Positions 62,623-64,000 of a DNA stretch of 64,000 bases are shown piece by piece. The notes beneath the pieces are model-generated. The model made no database searches, was not told where the DNA came from, and saw nothing but the letters and a program-made list of their open reading frames with translations. How positions within the stretch are numbered: the stretch's first letter is position 1; each line of letters opens with the position of its first letter. The stretch covers positions 8,515,539 to 8,579,538 of the forward strand of contig OZ316896.1 of NCBI GenBank assembly GCA_973895155.1, given 5' to 3'. The stretch comes from Marsupella aquatica. Lineage: Eukaryota; Plantae; Marchantiophyta. The position numbers and the translations under genes were made by a program.

Positions 62623-64000
62623 GGTCGCTGTTCTCTTTCTGCGATAGAGGTTCGTTCAAGATTGAAGTATGAGACGATGAACCGTTGTACTATAGCGAAG
62701 TTCTGTTTCTTTGAAATTTCCCCAATTTCTGTCCCCATCACGAGAAAAAGTAAGTATCGTGGATCAGTAAAGATTGAATGACTGAATGAAGCCTGTTAGT
62801 ACTGTACATAAGTTTTTGTTAAATTTCCTTTCAATTTAGATTCCATGAGATAGGAAAACATCTTCTGGAAAATGGTCTCTCGATAGTTCCCTTAGTTGGC
62901 TTCAATTCAAGTTCGTTAAATTCTTTGTGCACTAAGTTGTATCTCCTTTTGAAGGGCAAATCTTAGCCTAATTTCGTGTGAATCGATGTTACCAGGGGTA
63001 GTAAGATGCAAGTTATGATGAGCAATTGAGCACATTTCCTATTCAAGGTTTTCAATAGATGATTGAGCTTCTGCTGCCACGAATGGGGACAAAGAGAACG
63101 GCCAATGACTTTCCTAAGTACTATATCATTTCATCTAGAGTTCAATGTACTTGTAATGCAAGTTTTACAGACTGCCGAACAGGATGGATTCCGTGCTCCT
63201 GGTCTAGGGAAATGATTCTGTGACAATAAACAAGAGGAGCATGGCTGCCCGTGCCAGGTTTTCGGATGCAAATGAAGGAAACTTTGACATGATATGGACA
63301 CGGCTTTTGGTTAGAAGGACAAACAGAGACAAGGTGGGCCTTGGAAGGTTATTTCGATGCAAATGCGGGAAACTTGACATGATATGTGGACAATCTGATT
63401 CTCTATTCCATTTTACAAAATGGAACACAGTGCAGGTGATCGGTATTCATTCAGTCCCAAATTGAAGTAACTTATGAAGACTTCTCCCTCTACCTTGAGA
63501 ATTAACAGCAGGGTTCACCTACTACTCTCAAGTCCGTGTGGTTGAATCTTTCACGTAATCGTTTCAGATCGATGCCAAATCTGCACTAGATCGTGTCCAT
63601 ATATGAGTTCTCCTCATCAATTCTTCCAACTCAGAGGAACCAAATTTGGTAAAACAATAGGTCAATAATTATTACGGAGTAACTGTAATTATCATCACAG
63701 GCATCTCGAGGAGAGCGATCAATCTGGGAATTCAAGTGAGTTCTATGATAAATTAAAGGGTCAATAACTCTTCGTTAGAGTCTGTTCGATCCCTATCCCT
63801 ACGATCTTTCAGCTTTTGAAAGGTTGTGTCCCTTCAGAATTCCCTGACTATGAAACATTGGAGTGTTCGTATAGCTTTACTGGCATTTCTGATGCGCATT
63901 TGTCCCTGAAGTGGAAGAACTAGCTAGTTCTGGGAATTGGAGCACCAATTCCTGGTATAATCAATTAACCCTAATAAAAAGGAAGTAACTCTAAGAGTAC

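Noticed and set aside
63260-63395. Short direct repeat (gcaaatg..ggaaac.ttgacatgatatg) ~90 bp apart
   Set aside because: Real but only two degenerate copies with no associated structure. Not informative.

Overview
Eukaryotic land-plant nuclear DNA, probably a liverwort or other bryophyte (inferred from gene content and long intron-bearing UTRs). Spliced genes were reconstructed by hand from GT-AG junctions and reading-frame phase: CutA (+), a PIG-Y/Eri1-like GPI-GnT subunit only ~450 bp downstream (+), inositol-pentakisphosphate 2-kinase IPK1 (+), a 4/1-like coiled-coil protein (+), an EMB2759-like plastid protein (-), two adjacent large coiled-coil genes (-) and a 165-aa N-myristoylated calcineurin-B-type EF-hand protein (-). 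Also present: a decayed intronless TYW2-domain pseudogene with an internal 56-bp triplication, one tRNA-Trp(CCA), a full-length but inactivated 8.5-kb L1-clade LINE with a 12-bp TSD and an unusually long 3' region, a Tourist-like MITE, several minisatellites and dispersed repeats, and a TE-rich distal third (54.7-64 kb). The best leads are a possible bicistronic CutA-PIG-Y unit, a canonical calcineurin-B-like sensor that is not a CBL, and the unusual architecture of the LINE. No CRISPR array or prokaryotic system is supported. Family assignments rest on motifs I recognise, not on database searches.
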